Of a DNA stretch of 64,000 bases, positions 44,332 to 57,300 are shown piece after piece. The translations under genes were made by a program, and so were the position numbers. This stretch comes from Dudresnaya verticillata (lineage: Eukaryota): contig OZ374557.1 in assembly GCA_977862235.1 (NCBI GenBank), positions 1,612,001 through 1,676,000 of the forward strand, written 5' to 3'. The notes under the pieces were generated by a model, which was not told where the DNA came from, did not search any database, and worked only from the letters and a program-made list of their open reading frames with translations. The first letter of the stretch is position 1, and every line of letters begins with the position of its first letter.

Positions 44332-46605
44332 ATGTTGAGTCCTCCTGATCCGTCCGCTGCGGCTGCGGCCGCTGCCGGTAAAGTTGAGGACGCGACGCGT
44401 CGCACCTCAATACTGAGTACCATCGGCGTCTCAGGTACTCTTCTACACGTGAGGCTGAGGCTCGAGCGGAGGGCCGCGCTGCAAAAGGCCCTCGCCGGGA
44501 GTCTGGTCTCGGTGGCCGACCTCAAGCTGCTGTATGAGGAGACCATGGACTCGCTAGCAGAGGTGTACGACCCCCTTACAGCTTCAATAGCTATAGCGAG
44601 GGCCGACGGCCAGCAAGACCTGGACACGCTTCGACGCGGTCCTTTGGCGTCCATCGAGGACGGAATAACGCGGTCACAGGGGCTCCTCGATGAGCTACGC
44701 CGCCGCGTGGAGTTGATAGAGCGCGCGCCGACGCGGCAACGCCAGCAGGCTACGGGCCCGTCGTCGGCGCAGCGTTCTCCTCCGCGACCGTAGTCACCAG
44801 CGGGTGCAGTTCAAGAATTGGCCGCTGCCATACTTGCCGAGCAACGAGCTCGGCATCGCTTTCTTTCACCACCACCATCTCCACCGAGGAGTGCGGCGGG
44901 GTCGCACCATCCGAGTGGGGACCCCAATTCGTTCTACGGGGTCGACCCCAGGTTGCTCCGACAGGCCCTCGACGGGCAAAACAAAAAGGAGGGAACGACC
45001 CCCCAGAAGCACGAGGGCCCCGTCTCTGCCTATTGGCATTGGGGCCCACTCATGGCAGGCATCGAGCCGTTAACCACGTTGGTGCCAGAGTTCGCTAAGG
45101 CGATCGACTACCGCTCTTACCGTCTCGATGACGTAGATCAGCGGGAAAACCAACAGCAGGTGTGCAGCGGCAACACTGCGAAGATTGTAAGCCGCATGAA
45201 GGCCCTGATGCCCCGGCTCGACCGGTTCGACGGCAAGGAGCCGATTCGCCTGCTTGGTGTGCTTCGACAGCTACGCCAAGCATTCAATGACGTTGAACTA
45301 TCCGAAGGCGCAGCGGCGCGTGTGGTGTCCTGGTTCCTCGATGGAACCGCGTCGCAGGTGTACTCGAGTCACCTGTTCTCTGGGGTGCGCACAACGCAGC
45401 GCGGCACCCCAACCTGTTGGGCCTCGGTGGTCAATACCCTCATCGAGAGGTTCGTCACGGACGACGTCATCGCAGACGCCCATGACCGGCTGACCACCGC
45501 CAAGCAGAAGGACGCCGAGTCCGAGCTTGAGTTCGCTACTCGCCTCGAAAGGCATGCGGACGCCTGCGCTGGCGTGTACTCCGATGAGAACTTGACGCAT
45601 CCGTTCCTTCGGGGCCTGCTGCCCACGACAAGACCCGCAGTGGCGGAGAAGGTCAGGCAGCTGTCTATGGTCGAACAGACCAATTTTAGCACCGTTCGTC
45701 GGATTGCCCATAGCGAGGGCACAACCTACCGCGCCCGTTCGGCAAAGGCAGCGCAGCCTACGAACACCTCGGGGCGCGGCAGGTCAGGTGGCAGCTCGGC
45801 AAGCGGCCGTACACTGCTCATCGCGGGCCCACCAAGCTATCCCAGCAGGGACGTTGCTATCGACAGCACAATGCTGGTGGACGCCGACGCCGACGGGTTC
45901 GAACCCGTGATGGTCGCGCCCGCGCTATCGACAGCCGGGTCGACCGAGGCCGTCGAGACCCTGTCCTCGACATTACAGGACGCATCGACGCGGTCCTATG
46001 TCCTCGACATTACAGGACGCATCGACGCGGTCCTATGTACTCGACATTACAGGACGCATCGACGCGGTCCTACCCAAGCGCATACCACCGCTCACTCCAA
46101 CACAGGAGGCGATGACACGCGCAGTCATCCCTGATCGACAGGGATGGTACATCTGCTGGTTCTGCCGCGAGGTCGAGCACATCATGTATTCGTGCCCGTA
46201 CCTCACGAAGGAACAGCAGACGTACTGCGCGTATGCGAACTGCAACCATCGAATGGAAACGCAGCCGCATTCGCGCAATATGCTCCAACAGCTCATCAAC
46301 GAGCGCGCCAGCGGGCGCAAGTACAAGGAACCCCGCACGGCGCTACGACGCGCCGCGGGGTGAGGACCGATGTTTCGATGCGACAGGTCCCCCGCAGCGC
46401 ATGGGCGCACCAAAGTACCGTGGAGAGCCACAGGGGTACCGCGGGGATCGCCGAGACCCACGCCGCGAGTACCGCCAAGGCCACGCACCGCGGTTCCTGC
46501 TGCGCGATAAGCGGGTCGGCTTCGACGAGCCCGCTGGCCGTCAACCTCAGGCATCGACGCCTCCGAGGGCCGACCCGCGCCGCAAACTGCTCCGAGCAGT
46601 TATGA
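44332..46605 (+). pseudogene. gag: gag of element C, frameshifted
   Basis: KAIDYRSYRL, FDGKEPIRLLGVL, FVTDDVIADA, FLRGLLP match element B gag; CWFCREVEHIMYSC knuckle. Confidence 0.8.
45962..46072. repeat. 37-bp tandem repeat x3 inside gag
   Basis: TGTCCTCGACATTACAGGACGCATCGACGCGGTCCTA, three near-identical copies. Confidence 0.95.
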
Positions 46606-46716
46606 CGGTGCAGGAGCACACCGTTCTCATCGCCGACGAGTGGTTTCCGCAAGCGCTCGACGCGCGGCACAAGGGAGAGACAGCTAGCGGGCAGGAAAGC
46701 GATTTCCCTCTCCTTT

Positions 46717-49700
46717 TTGACACGCCTCCGCGATCGACGCAAGGCACCTCAGGGGCTACGAAATACCCAATCGGAACCGAGCACGAAAGCTCGGATTCCG
46801 AGGATAATTTTGACCGGGTCGATCCGGAAAAGAATAAAGGCGGCGCCGCTCGTGCGGTCGCGCGCACCATCTTGTCCAACGCCAGACCCACCACCCCTTT
46901 CACTTTCGACGGCGTTGGGGGCAGCGAACCTCCACGTCGAGCGCAGCGGCGCCTCGAAGGACACGAACGACGCCCCGGTCGACGGGACGTCGCGGGCGAC
47001 GCGTACCAAACCACCCTGGCCGCCGCGGCGTCGACGCAAGCGACAGGCCAGGCGGAAAGGGCGCAGCTCCCCGACTGCGGGACAGGCGGTCCCCGACGCT
47101 CGACGCGAGGGTACCGGGGCTCCCTGCATCGACGCAGAGCCGGCCACTACCCCCGATGGGTACGTGTGCCTCCTGGCCTCCGAGATTTACCGAGTGTCCG
47201 GGTCCCTCGGTGCGGACCCGCGGGTTATGATACCCCACACCATCGCGGTGGACACCGGCTCCGGGTACAACCTCATCGCTCGAGGTGCCCTGCCCGCAGG
47301 CTGGGAGGAAAACGTGTCAGAGATCGACTCCGCGCCACGCCTGGCAGGCACCGACAACACTCCGCTGAGGCTGTCCGGCGTCGTCCACCTCTCTATTAGG
47401 TGGGGTAACACGACGTTCCGCGTGCCTTTCATCGTCGCCGACACGCTCGCGGTCGACGTACGGATAGACACGCAGTTTATCAACGCGCACGTGCGCGGGA
47501 TCGACGTCGAGTCGAGAAGACTGACACTGAGGAAAGAAGGCTCGGTGCCCATCCTCAGCCGCAGGAACCCTAGCGAGGGAACCGGTCCGGCAACGCAGCC
47601 GAAGAACCTATCGAAGGGTTTGTCGAAGCACCAGCGGGAGCTCCTCGACTGGGATCACGATACCCACACCATACGCCTCGCTAGGCAGGTGGTTGCCCCA
47701 GCCTACTCGCAGAGGCTCGTCTCTGTGACGTCGGGGGCCAGTGGGTTGATCCACACGGAGCCCAAACCCTCGTTGCAGTTCCGCCACGGCGTGAGACTGA
47801 CCAATGAGGTGCACAACATCGAGCCGGGGCGACCCTTCGGGGTTATCTTGGGCTACTGGACGGACACAGCCCGGATCCTACTGAACAGTACCGTGGTTGG
47901 TTATGCAGTCCGCAACCCAGTCGTCCTGATAATCCCGGACCGCGACGTCGCGGAAGAGTTCGGGAGGGTGATGACTATAACCACCCTTCCCCTCAAAGGG
48001 CAGCGGCCCAGGGGTAAGGGGAGCAATGACCCCCAAGTCACGCCGTCGATGGCAAGGGGCCCTGAGCTCACAAAGCTGCAAGGAGCGGCAACCGCAGCGG
48101 CGGAGAAAGGAGAGTCCGTCGAGGACTGTGAGTCGCAGGTGGACCTTTCGTCTATCGAAGACAAGGTCACCCGAGAAGAAGTCCTCGCCATGCTTCGGAA
48201 GCATCAGTCCATGTGGGACGGCAGGCTGGGCACAATTGCCGCTACGCAACACCACATCGACGTGGAACCCGGCATGCGGCCGATTCGCTCAATGCCCTAT
48301 CGACAGGGCCCCGCTATGCGGAAGCTCGTACAGAACGAGGTCGAGTCCATGCTGCGTGCAGGGGTAATCGAACCCGCCTCGTCGGAGTGGGCATCGCCAG
48401 TCGTTCTGGCGCCCAAGAAGGATGGCATGCTCACGTTTTTGTGGACTATCGGCGTTTTAACACCAAAACCCTGAGCGATGCGTACCCACTCCCACGCATG
48501 GATGACTGTATCGAAAGTCTTGGAGACGCTCCCATATTCTCCACGCTGGATTGTAACGCGGGGTACTGGCAAACCCCTTTCGCAGCGGCTGACAGGGATA
48601 AGACCACGTTCAAGACGTTTATAGGGACGTTCTACCACCTGCGGATGCCTTTCGGACTGAAGAAAGCCCCGGCGACTTTCCAGCGTGCACTGGAAATCAT
48701 AATCAGCGGAGTTAGATGGCAGTGTTGTCTGATCTATCTCAATGATGTGATCATATTCTCGCGGTCGATCGCGGAGCACGTTGATCACCTAGAGCGCGTG
48801 CTGACTCTGCTTCGAAAGGGCGGCTTGTCCCTGAAACTGAAGAAGTGTCACTTCTTCCAGTCCCGCGTGGACTACCTCGGTCACGTGATCGAGTCTGGAA
48901 AACTACTCATGGCGAAGACAAGCATCGACGCGTTCTGTCATGCACAGTTCCCGAACTCACTAACGAATGTGAGGTCTTTCCTCGGGGCGTGTAACGTTTA
49001 CCGCCGCTTCTTCAGGAACTTCGCGAAGATCGCTCGTCCGCTGACGGATATGACCCGCAAGGATGCGGATGTGGATTTCGATAATCCAAGTGCAGTGGCG
49101 CTAGAGGCATTCAAGACGCTGCGAGCGACACTCTTCTCGCCTCCTATCCTACGGCTCCCTCGCGAGGGCAAGCCGTACGTCCTCTACATGGACTCATCGG
49201 TGTACCAGCTCGGATGTGCCCTGCTCCAGGAGCAAAAGGACGGCCAGTTACACCCCGTTGGGTACTGGTCTTACTCACTAAGCTCAGCAGAGCGAAACTA
49301 CTCGGCCACGGAGCGCGAGTGCTTTGCAGTGGTGTGGTCGATCACAACCCTGCGTCCCTACATCGAAGGGACCAGATTCACGGTACGAACCGACCACGAC
49401 GCCTTGCGCTGGCTCATATTCCTGACCGATTCGTCCGGTCGCCTCACCCTCTCGCGGTTGCGACTCGCGTAATTCGACTTCCAGGTAGTACCGCCCGGGT
49501 AGGGTACACCAGTTGCCGGATGCGCTCTCCCGCCTGGTGAGGCCTCGACGGCAGAAAGAGGAGGTTGACGACGACGTTTCTACCTATGACCCCCCGGCAG
49601 TCGACCGCCAGCAGGAGGGTGCCTCGAGTACCGAACCCAAGGCACCGCCTGTCTTGCTGACCACGCGGTCCCAATCCAACGCGTCGACACGGAAGGCGCA

Positions 49701-51380
49701 GGATCGACCGGCTGAAGAGGACGGCAATGGCAGCGAAGCCAAGGAGCCCTCGGACGGCGACGAGCCACCGAGGCTTGCCGACGACGAAGCCTGGGATGAC
49801 TGCGACGACGTTGACCTCTTCGACCTTGGCCGCATCGACGCGAGCCAAGAGCCGACGGACCTCACCCGGGTCGAACCGGTGAAGCTCCCTGCTACCGTCG
49901 AGTAATTAGTGGATGCACAGGGGCGCGATTCCTTTTGCCAAACAGTGTTGGCACGGCAGTCCCGTAGACGGGATAGCCACTTCTTAGAGGACGAGGACGG
50001 GCTCTTGTGCCGGCGTCACCCCGTCATCTCCTCGATGGAGCAAATAGTGGTGCCCGAAGCGCTACAGCCGCGGCTTCTCACGCTCGCGCACCACTCCCTC
50101 CTGGCTGGCCACCCTGGCCAGAACAGGATGTTCTACATGCTCCGCGAGAGCTACTACTGGCCACTCATGTCAGCGGACATAGCCATGACAGTTAGGAACT
50201 GTCGGCATTGTGCCAGGAACCGCATACGCTTGCGGAGGTCCCTTCATTGGTTGAAGTTGTTCCCGGCCACGAGGCCGCTCGAGTCGTTCGCGATCCATAT
50301 CCTAGGGCCGCTGCCCAAGACGAAGTCAGGAAAGCAATTCCTGCTCGTCATGACAGATCGATTCACGAAGCTGACTCAAGTAGCGCCGCTGCGCACCATC
50401 ACAGCGTACCACGTCGCAGTGGCGTTCTGTGAGAGGTGGAGCTTCCACTATGGAACACCGAGGTCTATGTTGTCGCACAACGGGAAGCAATTCACCCTAA
50501 GTTCTTTCAGGCAGCGTGCCGTTACCTCGTACGGAACAACGTGTTCATGTCCGCCTACCACCCGCAGGCGAACGGTTAGGTTGAGCGCTACAACCGGACC
50601 GTCATGGCCATGTTGAGGAATTACATCAACGATCACCAGGACGACTGGGATCGATACGCAGCGGCGTTAACGTATTCCTACAACTGCCATGTACATCGTA
50701 CGACTCGGACGACACCCCTCAGCCTCGTGCTGTCCCGGCCGCCACCGTAGTTCACTAAGTTTCATAAGTCAGCTGCCAGACCGAAACCTAGTGAGGACGT
50801 GCGCGCAGACGTTCTGAAGCGGCTCTACGCCGCCTTCGCAAGCGCATCGAGCGCTCTCGACAAAACGCAGCGCCGTTACAAGAAAGACTTTGACAAGCGT
50901 GTCAGAAAAGTCCAATCCCGCATTCAAGCGGGAGACTACGTCTTCATCGACGCGAGAGACGCGGTTAAGAAACCCAAGAAGCTCCAGATCCCAGCGATAG
51001 GGCCCTATCGCGTGCCTCTTAACGACAAGCGCACGCTGCTTATTGACAGAGGCGGCTTGATCGAACGCATCGCAGCGGACCGCGCTGTCTACTTTCCCCC
51101 GCCGCTGCTGGAGGATACTGCGCAGCTCAGCGCATACTTACCCAACACTGAGGAACTCGCATCCAAAGCCGTCGACGGCCCGCGGTTCGTGGTGGATAAG
51201 GTCCTTGACTACGGCACGACCGACGATGGTACGCTCGTGTTCAAGGTGAAGTGGACCGGCTATCGCAAGCCGACGTGGGAGCCACGTTCCCATCTCCCAG
51301 AGGAGATGGTGAGCCACTACTTCGCATCGCAGCGGCGGCGAAACACCAACCGGCTCGAAGCCGTTCGCTCCTCCTCATAA
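46717..51380 (+). pseudogene. pol: pol of element C (protease, RT, RNase H, integrase, chromodomain), multiple frameshifts and stops
   Basis: VDTGSG; WASPVV, YPLPRMDDCIESLG, MPFGL, YLND (mutated YLDD); ERECFAVVW, TDH; GHPG...C..C, ILGPLPKT; FKVKWTGYRKPTWEP. Confidence 0.93.
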
Positions 51381-52729
51381 CCCCTCGGCGGGGGCGCCTC
51401 GCTCTTGAGGAGGGGGCCGTAGGCATTCATTGCCTTTTTGCGAAGGCAATCGATGCCTCACTCTGCCCTGCAGTGGGCACCGAGCCCAGGCAGGTCACCC
51501 TTGCGCCAGCGGCAGCGGCAGCAGCGCAAGAGGGGTCAGCAGAACGCTGATTCCTGCGCATCGACGCGCACAAGGCGGCTGCCAGCTAACAAGCCTGGGG
51601 CAGTGGCCCCGGGCTCGTCGCACGCACTCGCAGGCGGCGATGAGACACAGCCGCTACCTCACCTCCGCGCGTGACAGGCGTCGACGCCTCACGCACGAAA
51701 GGTAAGGGGCGCTGACCAGCGGCTACCGAAGCCGCTAACCAGCGCCGCGCACGCGGCGCTACTTTCGCTCACGCCAGTGCAACCCAACGCGCCAGCCGTA
51801 GCGGCTTCTGAGCGAGAAGGGGTAACACCAGCGTGGGTGCAGAGCGGGCGCCTCGACGCGCCCAAGGCCGTCGATATCGAAGCAAAACGGTGTGGGACAA
51901 AGGGCAGCGGCCCGATCTCCACCTCACTCCGGTGCACCGAAGTGCCTTTGCAGTCGATGTGCAACGGCACCCCAAAACCGTGCGTCAATTTTGGCGTGCG
52001 CCCCGGCGCGGGGCGCACGAAGCGCATCGAGCGCGAAAAGTGTTCCGGCTACAGTATTTACTGTAGCCGAGGGGTTGGGAAACACCCAACCAGGCCAGCG
52101 GGCCGGAAGGCAACAGCCAGTGAAAGGGGTTGCGAAAAACCCCCAGCCAACGATTGGCTATAATTTGGGCGCAAACCACCTCCATACGGGGAGCAACAGC
52201 AGCGGCTGATCGAGTTTGCCAGGAGCGGCACGACGCCGGCACAAGCAGTGGACGCGAGGCAGCGGCCTCGCCGAAGCTAGCCGCAGTGGGACCAGCCGCC
52301 CAAGACGGGCACACAGGGGCAACCACTGTGGCCTCACCCATGCCAAGGCGGAATAACGCGCAGCGGCGCTGGGGAGCCACATGGGATCGGCACGCTTTCC
52401 TATTGCACCTGAGCAGCGGCTCACGCAACCCCCGCGCCGAGACGACCACTGTTGTAGCGCAGTGGCGACGCACGCGGGCTCGATGCGCGCGCGCAGCACT
52501 TACCTTGAGCAGCGGCCCGATTTGGTGAGCTGCTACGCTGGCGATCGCTTTCGCCAAAAGAAGTTCGCATTGACGCGGGCCGAAGCCATATCCCACCCCT
52601 TTCCCTTTAAACATATCTATAGACGCAGCGGCGTAACTGGACTAAAACGCGCAGCGACGCTCTATTCGCTGGGTGCCACGGCACCCGCGAGCACTCTGCG
52701 TCGATCACATCATTGGGTAGCGTTGCCCC

Positions 52730-53972
52730 CGGCCCCGCTCCCGGTGTGGAAAGACATTCTTGCTGCACTGTATATTGCGTCAGGCAAGAGCTTCGATTGG
52801 AGAGTACCCTCTCGTCGTTGCGTGTGCACAAATGAATGCCGCGGCATCCGTAATGGACGGAATGACCATTAATAAGCTGTTATACGCTCCTTCAAACTGG
52901 CCTTTCAACGGTCCGCAACTGCTTTCTTTCGTCTCGGGAAACGTGGAAAGAGAACCGGAACAACGGCAAATGAGGGTTCTAGAATTGGATGAAATAACTC
53001 AAATCACTGCAGCAATATTTGAGGCAATGGATTACGTTCTCCGAGGACTTACCGCAAACGATAGATGGGGCTGCTTTCCGTTTGGTGGTAGACAGATGAT
53101 AGTAGCGGGGGGATCCATTTCAGTTGGAACCCATCGGACATAAAGACGCAACCGTTGAGGATAACGGAACAGTATTTTGTTCCCGTACATGGATTATGAC
53201 ATTTGGAGGTCTCGGCACTGGGGTTGTCGCCTACCTTACCCACAACCACCGTCAGAAAAGGGATCAGCGGCTGTTCAATATACTGCAACGTGTCAGAACG
53301 AACACCATGAATAAGAGTGACGTTCGTGATCTAAACGCCACCTCAGCAGAAACCACCGTCCCACCTTCGACGCCTACTGTTCTTTTCCGATTTCGGAAAC
53401 AGGTCCAACAGAAGAACGATGAAGCACTAACTCAGCTTGGCACTAGAGTGTATGAGAACGTTGCCAGAGACACGTATGATACGCAGAATTTAATGCATCG
53501 GGAGAGCCTAGATGGTACCACGGAGAGGGTAGTGCGGGTGGCTGTAGGTTGCCAAGTTCTTCTTGTTCGCAAGATAGGTACCTTCCTTCCCGAAGACTGT
53601 GCCACGGTTCTTAGCGTTGAGAGTGTGGGTGGTGGGATAATTCAGTCCATCAGAGTTAAGCACAAACAAACCGGGCTTGAACGGGACGTTACCCCACACG
53701 AGTTCCATGTCCGAGATCGCATGGCAAACATTGTGGCAACACGGACGCAATCCGCTTTCGTCCCTGCCTACGCACTCACAGTGCACAGGTCACAAGGCAT
53801 GAACCTTCGTCACGTGGCAGTAGATTTCACAGGCCGCGGGTCTTGGAAACCTGGTCAAGCATATGTAGCCATTTCCCGTGTGACCGCTTTGGAAGACTTG
53901 TGGGTTAAAGGGTTCTCTGGATGTCATGTCTGCCTAAGCCCAACGGCAGTCGCATACATGCGCAAGCTTTAA
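52730..53972 (+). pseudogene. PIF1-family SF1B DNA helicase, frameshifted (~52742, ~53113)
   Basis: Broken Walker A (GPA../CGKTFLL), ACAQMNAAASVMDGMTI, LDEI, PFGG.QMIVAG/QLEPI, LTHNHRQ, AYALTVHRSQGMNL, GQAYVAISRV. Confidence 0.85.
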
Positions 53973-54287
53973 ATTCTACAGATACGCACTACCTCACGTG
54001 TGATACAGAGCGTCCCAACAAGCGAAGTCTCCACCGTGGTTCCTGGGTATAGTACGATCTTACCACGGCAGCGAGGTCGTTCCCATTCTGGAAGTATACG
54101 TTAGAGTGACATACATATGACTCACTGCGCTCGAAGCGTAAATATATGTGTTGTACCGAAAGTATTAACAACTACAGTGCTCCATAGAGCACGAGTTACA
54201 TTACCTCAACGCAACGCAATTCGCGCCGGCAATTAGGTACTGTACCAATTAAGAAACCGCTTGCGCAGTCCTGCGGCCATGGCCGCA

Positions 54288-54417
54288 TACATCCATCCCA
54301 ATTGCTATGTAGTGAGACTAGGGGGATGTGACATGGATGCATGCATCCATCCCAATTGCTATAGCAATACGTATACGTAGTGACACTAGTGGGATGTGAG
54401 ATGGATGCATGCATCCA
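54288..54417. repeat. Palindrome-rich duplicated segment at the helicase/DIRS junction
   Basis: CATCCATCCCAATTGCTAT x2, GTAGTGASACTAGKGGGATGTGASATGGATGCATGCATCCA x2. Confidence 0.8.
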
Positions 54418-57300
54418 AGGCGTCCTGCGGCAAATCCCAAGAGTGGCTGTCTCTGCGTCGTGAGAGTCGGTCCGCCCAGCAGTTGAGGACCGAAGGCAAG
54501 TGCTGGGTGGAGATAGTGATACCGTTGGCCTCGCAGAGGGCCCGAAGACGGCGTAGTTTGGCGAGCAGTCGGGGGGAGCGGGAAGTGTAGTTTCGAACCA
54601 CGTGCGCTGTAACCAGCGAGTCGGTTACGAGCTGCACATGGCGGCGTCGAGCGAAGGGAAGAAACTTGTGAAGGGTGAGGAGGGCGGCACTCAGCTCGAG
54701 CTCCTTGATGTGTGCCCCTTCCTCTGCATCCGTGAAGAAACCGGAGGCCGGGGTCTCGCCCTGCCATGCAGCTCCCCATCCCAACATGCTCGCGTCGGTA
54801 AAAAGGCAGGCGTCCGGCTGGGGGCAAATGGCTCGGCCGACGTGTGGGTTGGACCCCGGCCGACCCCACCATTGTAGATCGCGCATGGCCGCGTGACTGA
54901 GGTGAGGGTCTCTTGCACGCGTGGGGACCTCCCCGGGGGCGTATGGGCGCGAAGTCCCGCGTGGTGCACACCGTGTCCAACGGGACAAGGGGGCCCCAAA
55001 TGGGTGGGGGCGAGTGTGTGGTCCCCCGGGAGGCCTCCCCCAAAGCGTTGAATAGCTCCCGCAGCCGGAACCTGCAGTCGACCAGGGCCCGGGAGCTGGC
55101 ATTGGCCAGCCCGGCGAAGTGCTCTAGGTCTTTGCGCTTGACATAGCGTCGGTGCCCAGCCGCGTACCGCAGCAAGGAAGCCGCACCCCGCTCTATTGCG
55201 GTGATTTTCCTTGGCGGCAGCAGGAACTGCTGTGTGTCGGTGTCGATAAGGACACCCAGTACCTCTAAGCGCGTCGTGCCGTCGAAGAAGCACTCTTGCG
55301 GAGGCAGCGTTAGTCCCAGCCTGGTGAAAAGTAGCCGTATCAATGCTGCCAATGCCGCGGTCTCCTTCTCGCCTGCGACGCCATTGGGTTGGAACACCTT
55401 CGCCGCTCCGAAGAAGTCGTCCGGGTAGAAAAAGCGCGGTGACCGAGGCGACGGAGGAACCCGACGGCGGGAGCCATTGCCTTCGTAAAGAACCATGGTG
55501 CGACCGCAAGTCCGCAGTTCAAACATACAGGGATGTAGATAGAGTCCCCTGCAAAGAACGACGGTCGCATTCCGTCCTCTTTGCGCAGTCGAAGGTGATA
55601 ATAGGCGTCCTTGATGTCGGCCTTGAATAGATGGTCGCCTTGCCGCAGCACGGACGCCAGGTCGGATATCTGGTCCATGCGGAACGTCCGCGCCTCCATG
55701 CACTCAATTGACGCCGTTGTAGTCGACAAAGAGCCGACATTTGCCAGCCGTATTCGTGACGAAGGATGGCGAGATTGCGCCCGTGCGAGTTAGGTATCGT
55801 ACCTCTGCCCGGGTGGCCTTCCTGACGAACCCCGCGCTTAACCACCGGGAGGCTTCCATGTGGGCAAATTGCGCGTCCGCCGCTGAGAGCGGGTACGGGC
55901 GCAGTCGCTGATAAGGCGGTTTCCGGTACCATGGTAGCTGCAGCCCGAATCGCAGCTGTCGCAATAACCAGGGGCTGGCCCCCAGTTGGGTCCACGCCCG
56001 ATGCGCGTTCCCAACCCGCTCCGAAGGGGCGTGTTTTGGAAGCATATTGGCTATGCGCGGCGGACTCGTCCACGCCCGCGACCCCTGACACCTCTTACAC
56101 GTCCTCGGCTGCCCGCGGGTGGGGCAGCAGCTGCGAAAGATGCACGCCCTGGTCCGCGAAGAGCGTTCTACGTGTGCGGGTGGGTATTACGTAGACGACC
56201 GGCGGCTTTTGCGGTGTATCTAATCGCCTGAACCTGCTGGCGCCGAAAGGCCTGCCTTCCTGCGGAACTGAAGGCTGCTGGTGGGTCGATGTAGGCTGAG
56301 AGGAGGTCTGGGTTGGCGACACCGCCCGCTCCCTGCCGCCCGCAGAGCACCTCGTACATCGACGTGTTATGCTCGTACACGCCAAAAGCCGTGAGCTTTA
56401 TGTCTGATAAGCGGAGGGCGGTCTTGCGAATAGTCGACCGGTCAGACGCAGACTCGATCTTGGGCAATAGGGTGGCGAGCTCTCCCGTGAGTTCGGTGAG
56501 CTCGGTGGAGACTTAGCACAGGTAGCCAGAGATGACGTATAGCGAAGCAGCTTGCTTTCCCTTCCTGGACTTATTTGCGGAGTGCCGAAGGTCCGGTAGT
56601 GCTCGACCGTATCCGGGTCGAAGCCAAGCGGAAAGCTCTCTTCGAAACGGCGGGGGATTTCGAAGCGAGCTGGGATATAGTACCCCCTTCGCTCCTCGTA
56701 CCAGGCGTCGGTGAAAGCCTGAGCTCCAGCGCCTCCCTCTGGTAGTAACGCGAGGTCTTCCTGATCCTCTTGCCCAACGTCCTCTTCGTAGTTTCCGCGG
56801 CCGGGGTCTTCACTCGGATCCGGAGCAGGATCGGTGATGCCAGCGGGGAGGCCGACAGGATCGGGGCAGGAACGGGGGGCGCCAGGGACCTCCGCGTCTG
56901 CGCCCGGGTCAGGCGAGACGTCGGGGCTCGCCCCTGCATTCGGTTGAAGGGACTCTAGGGCGGCCTTCAGCTGCTCGGCTATAAGCGACGAAATCGCGGC
57001 GCTGGTAGGGGCGTCGAGCGCGGGTAGTCGCAACGCGCTGCCGGCAGCGGGGGCCGGCTCTGTCTGCGGATAGGTAGGCGGGGCCTGTTCTTCTCCAGAC
57101 ATTCCGGCTGGCGTGACCAGGACCGGAAACTGTGTCGAACCGCCGCGCGAAGGTGCCACGGAGAAGCCGTTTCGAGAGAAACGGATGACTGGCCAGGGAG
57201 ACCGTTGCGTTGAACTGCCACCACTCCGCCACTTATACGCCAGCGACACGCGCCGGCGGCGACGGCGGGCAAGTGCTCTGGGAGTGACGCGTGTCAGCGT
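54415..57300 (-). mobile_element. DIRS1-like (tyrosine-recombinase class) retrotransposon remnant: gag-like, RT, RNase H; truncated after RNase H
   Basis: WLLRQLRFGLQLPW, GKCRLFVDY, DIKDAYYHL, LNCGLAVAPWFFTK, FYPDDFF, LEVLGVLID; RNase H LFTDAS..GWGA, HIKELEL, TDS, NCWADRLSR. No recombinase ORF seen. Confidence 0.85.

Larger units (their letters stand above)
43557..52100 (+). mobile_element. Degenerate Ty3/gypsy chromovirus C; 5' LTR ~43557-44264 (start uncertain), no matching 3' LTR found
   Basis: LTR-like end TTCTACA followed by a PBS; gag and PR-RT-RH-IN-chromo fragments; PPT-like tract at 51405-51416. Right boundary approximate. Confidence 0.85.

Noticed and set aside
45962..46072. 37-bp repeats as a CRISPR array
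   Set aside because: Head-to-tail copies with no spacers, inside a gag gene in eukaryotic DNA.
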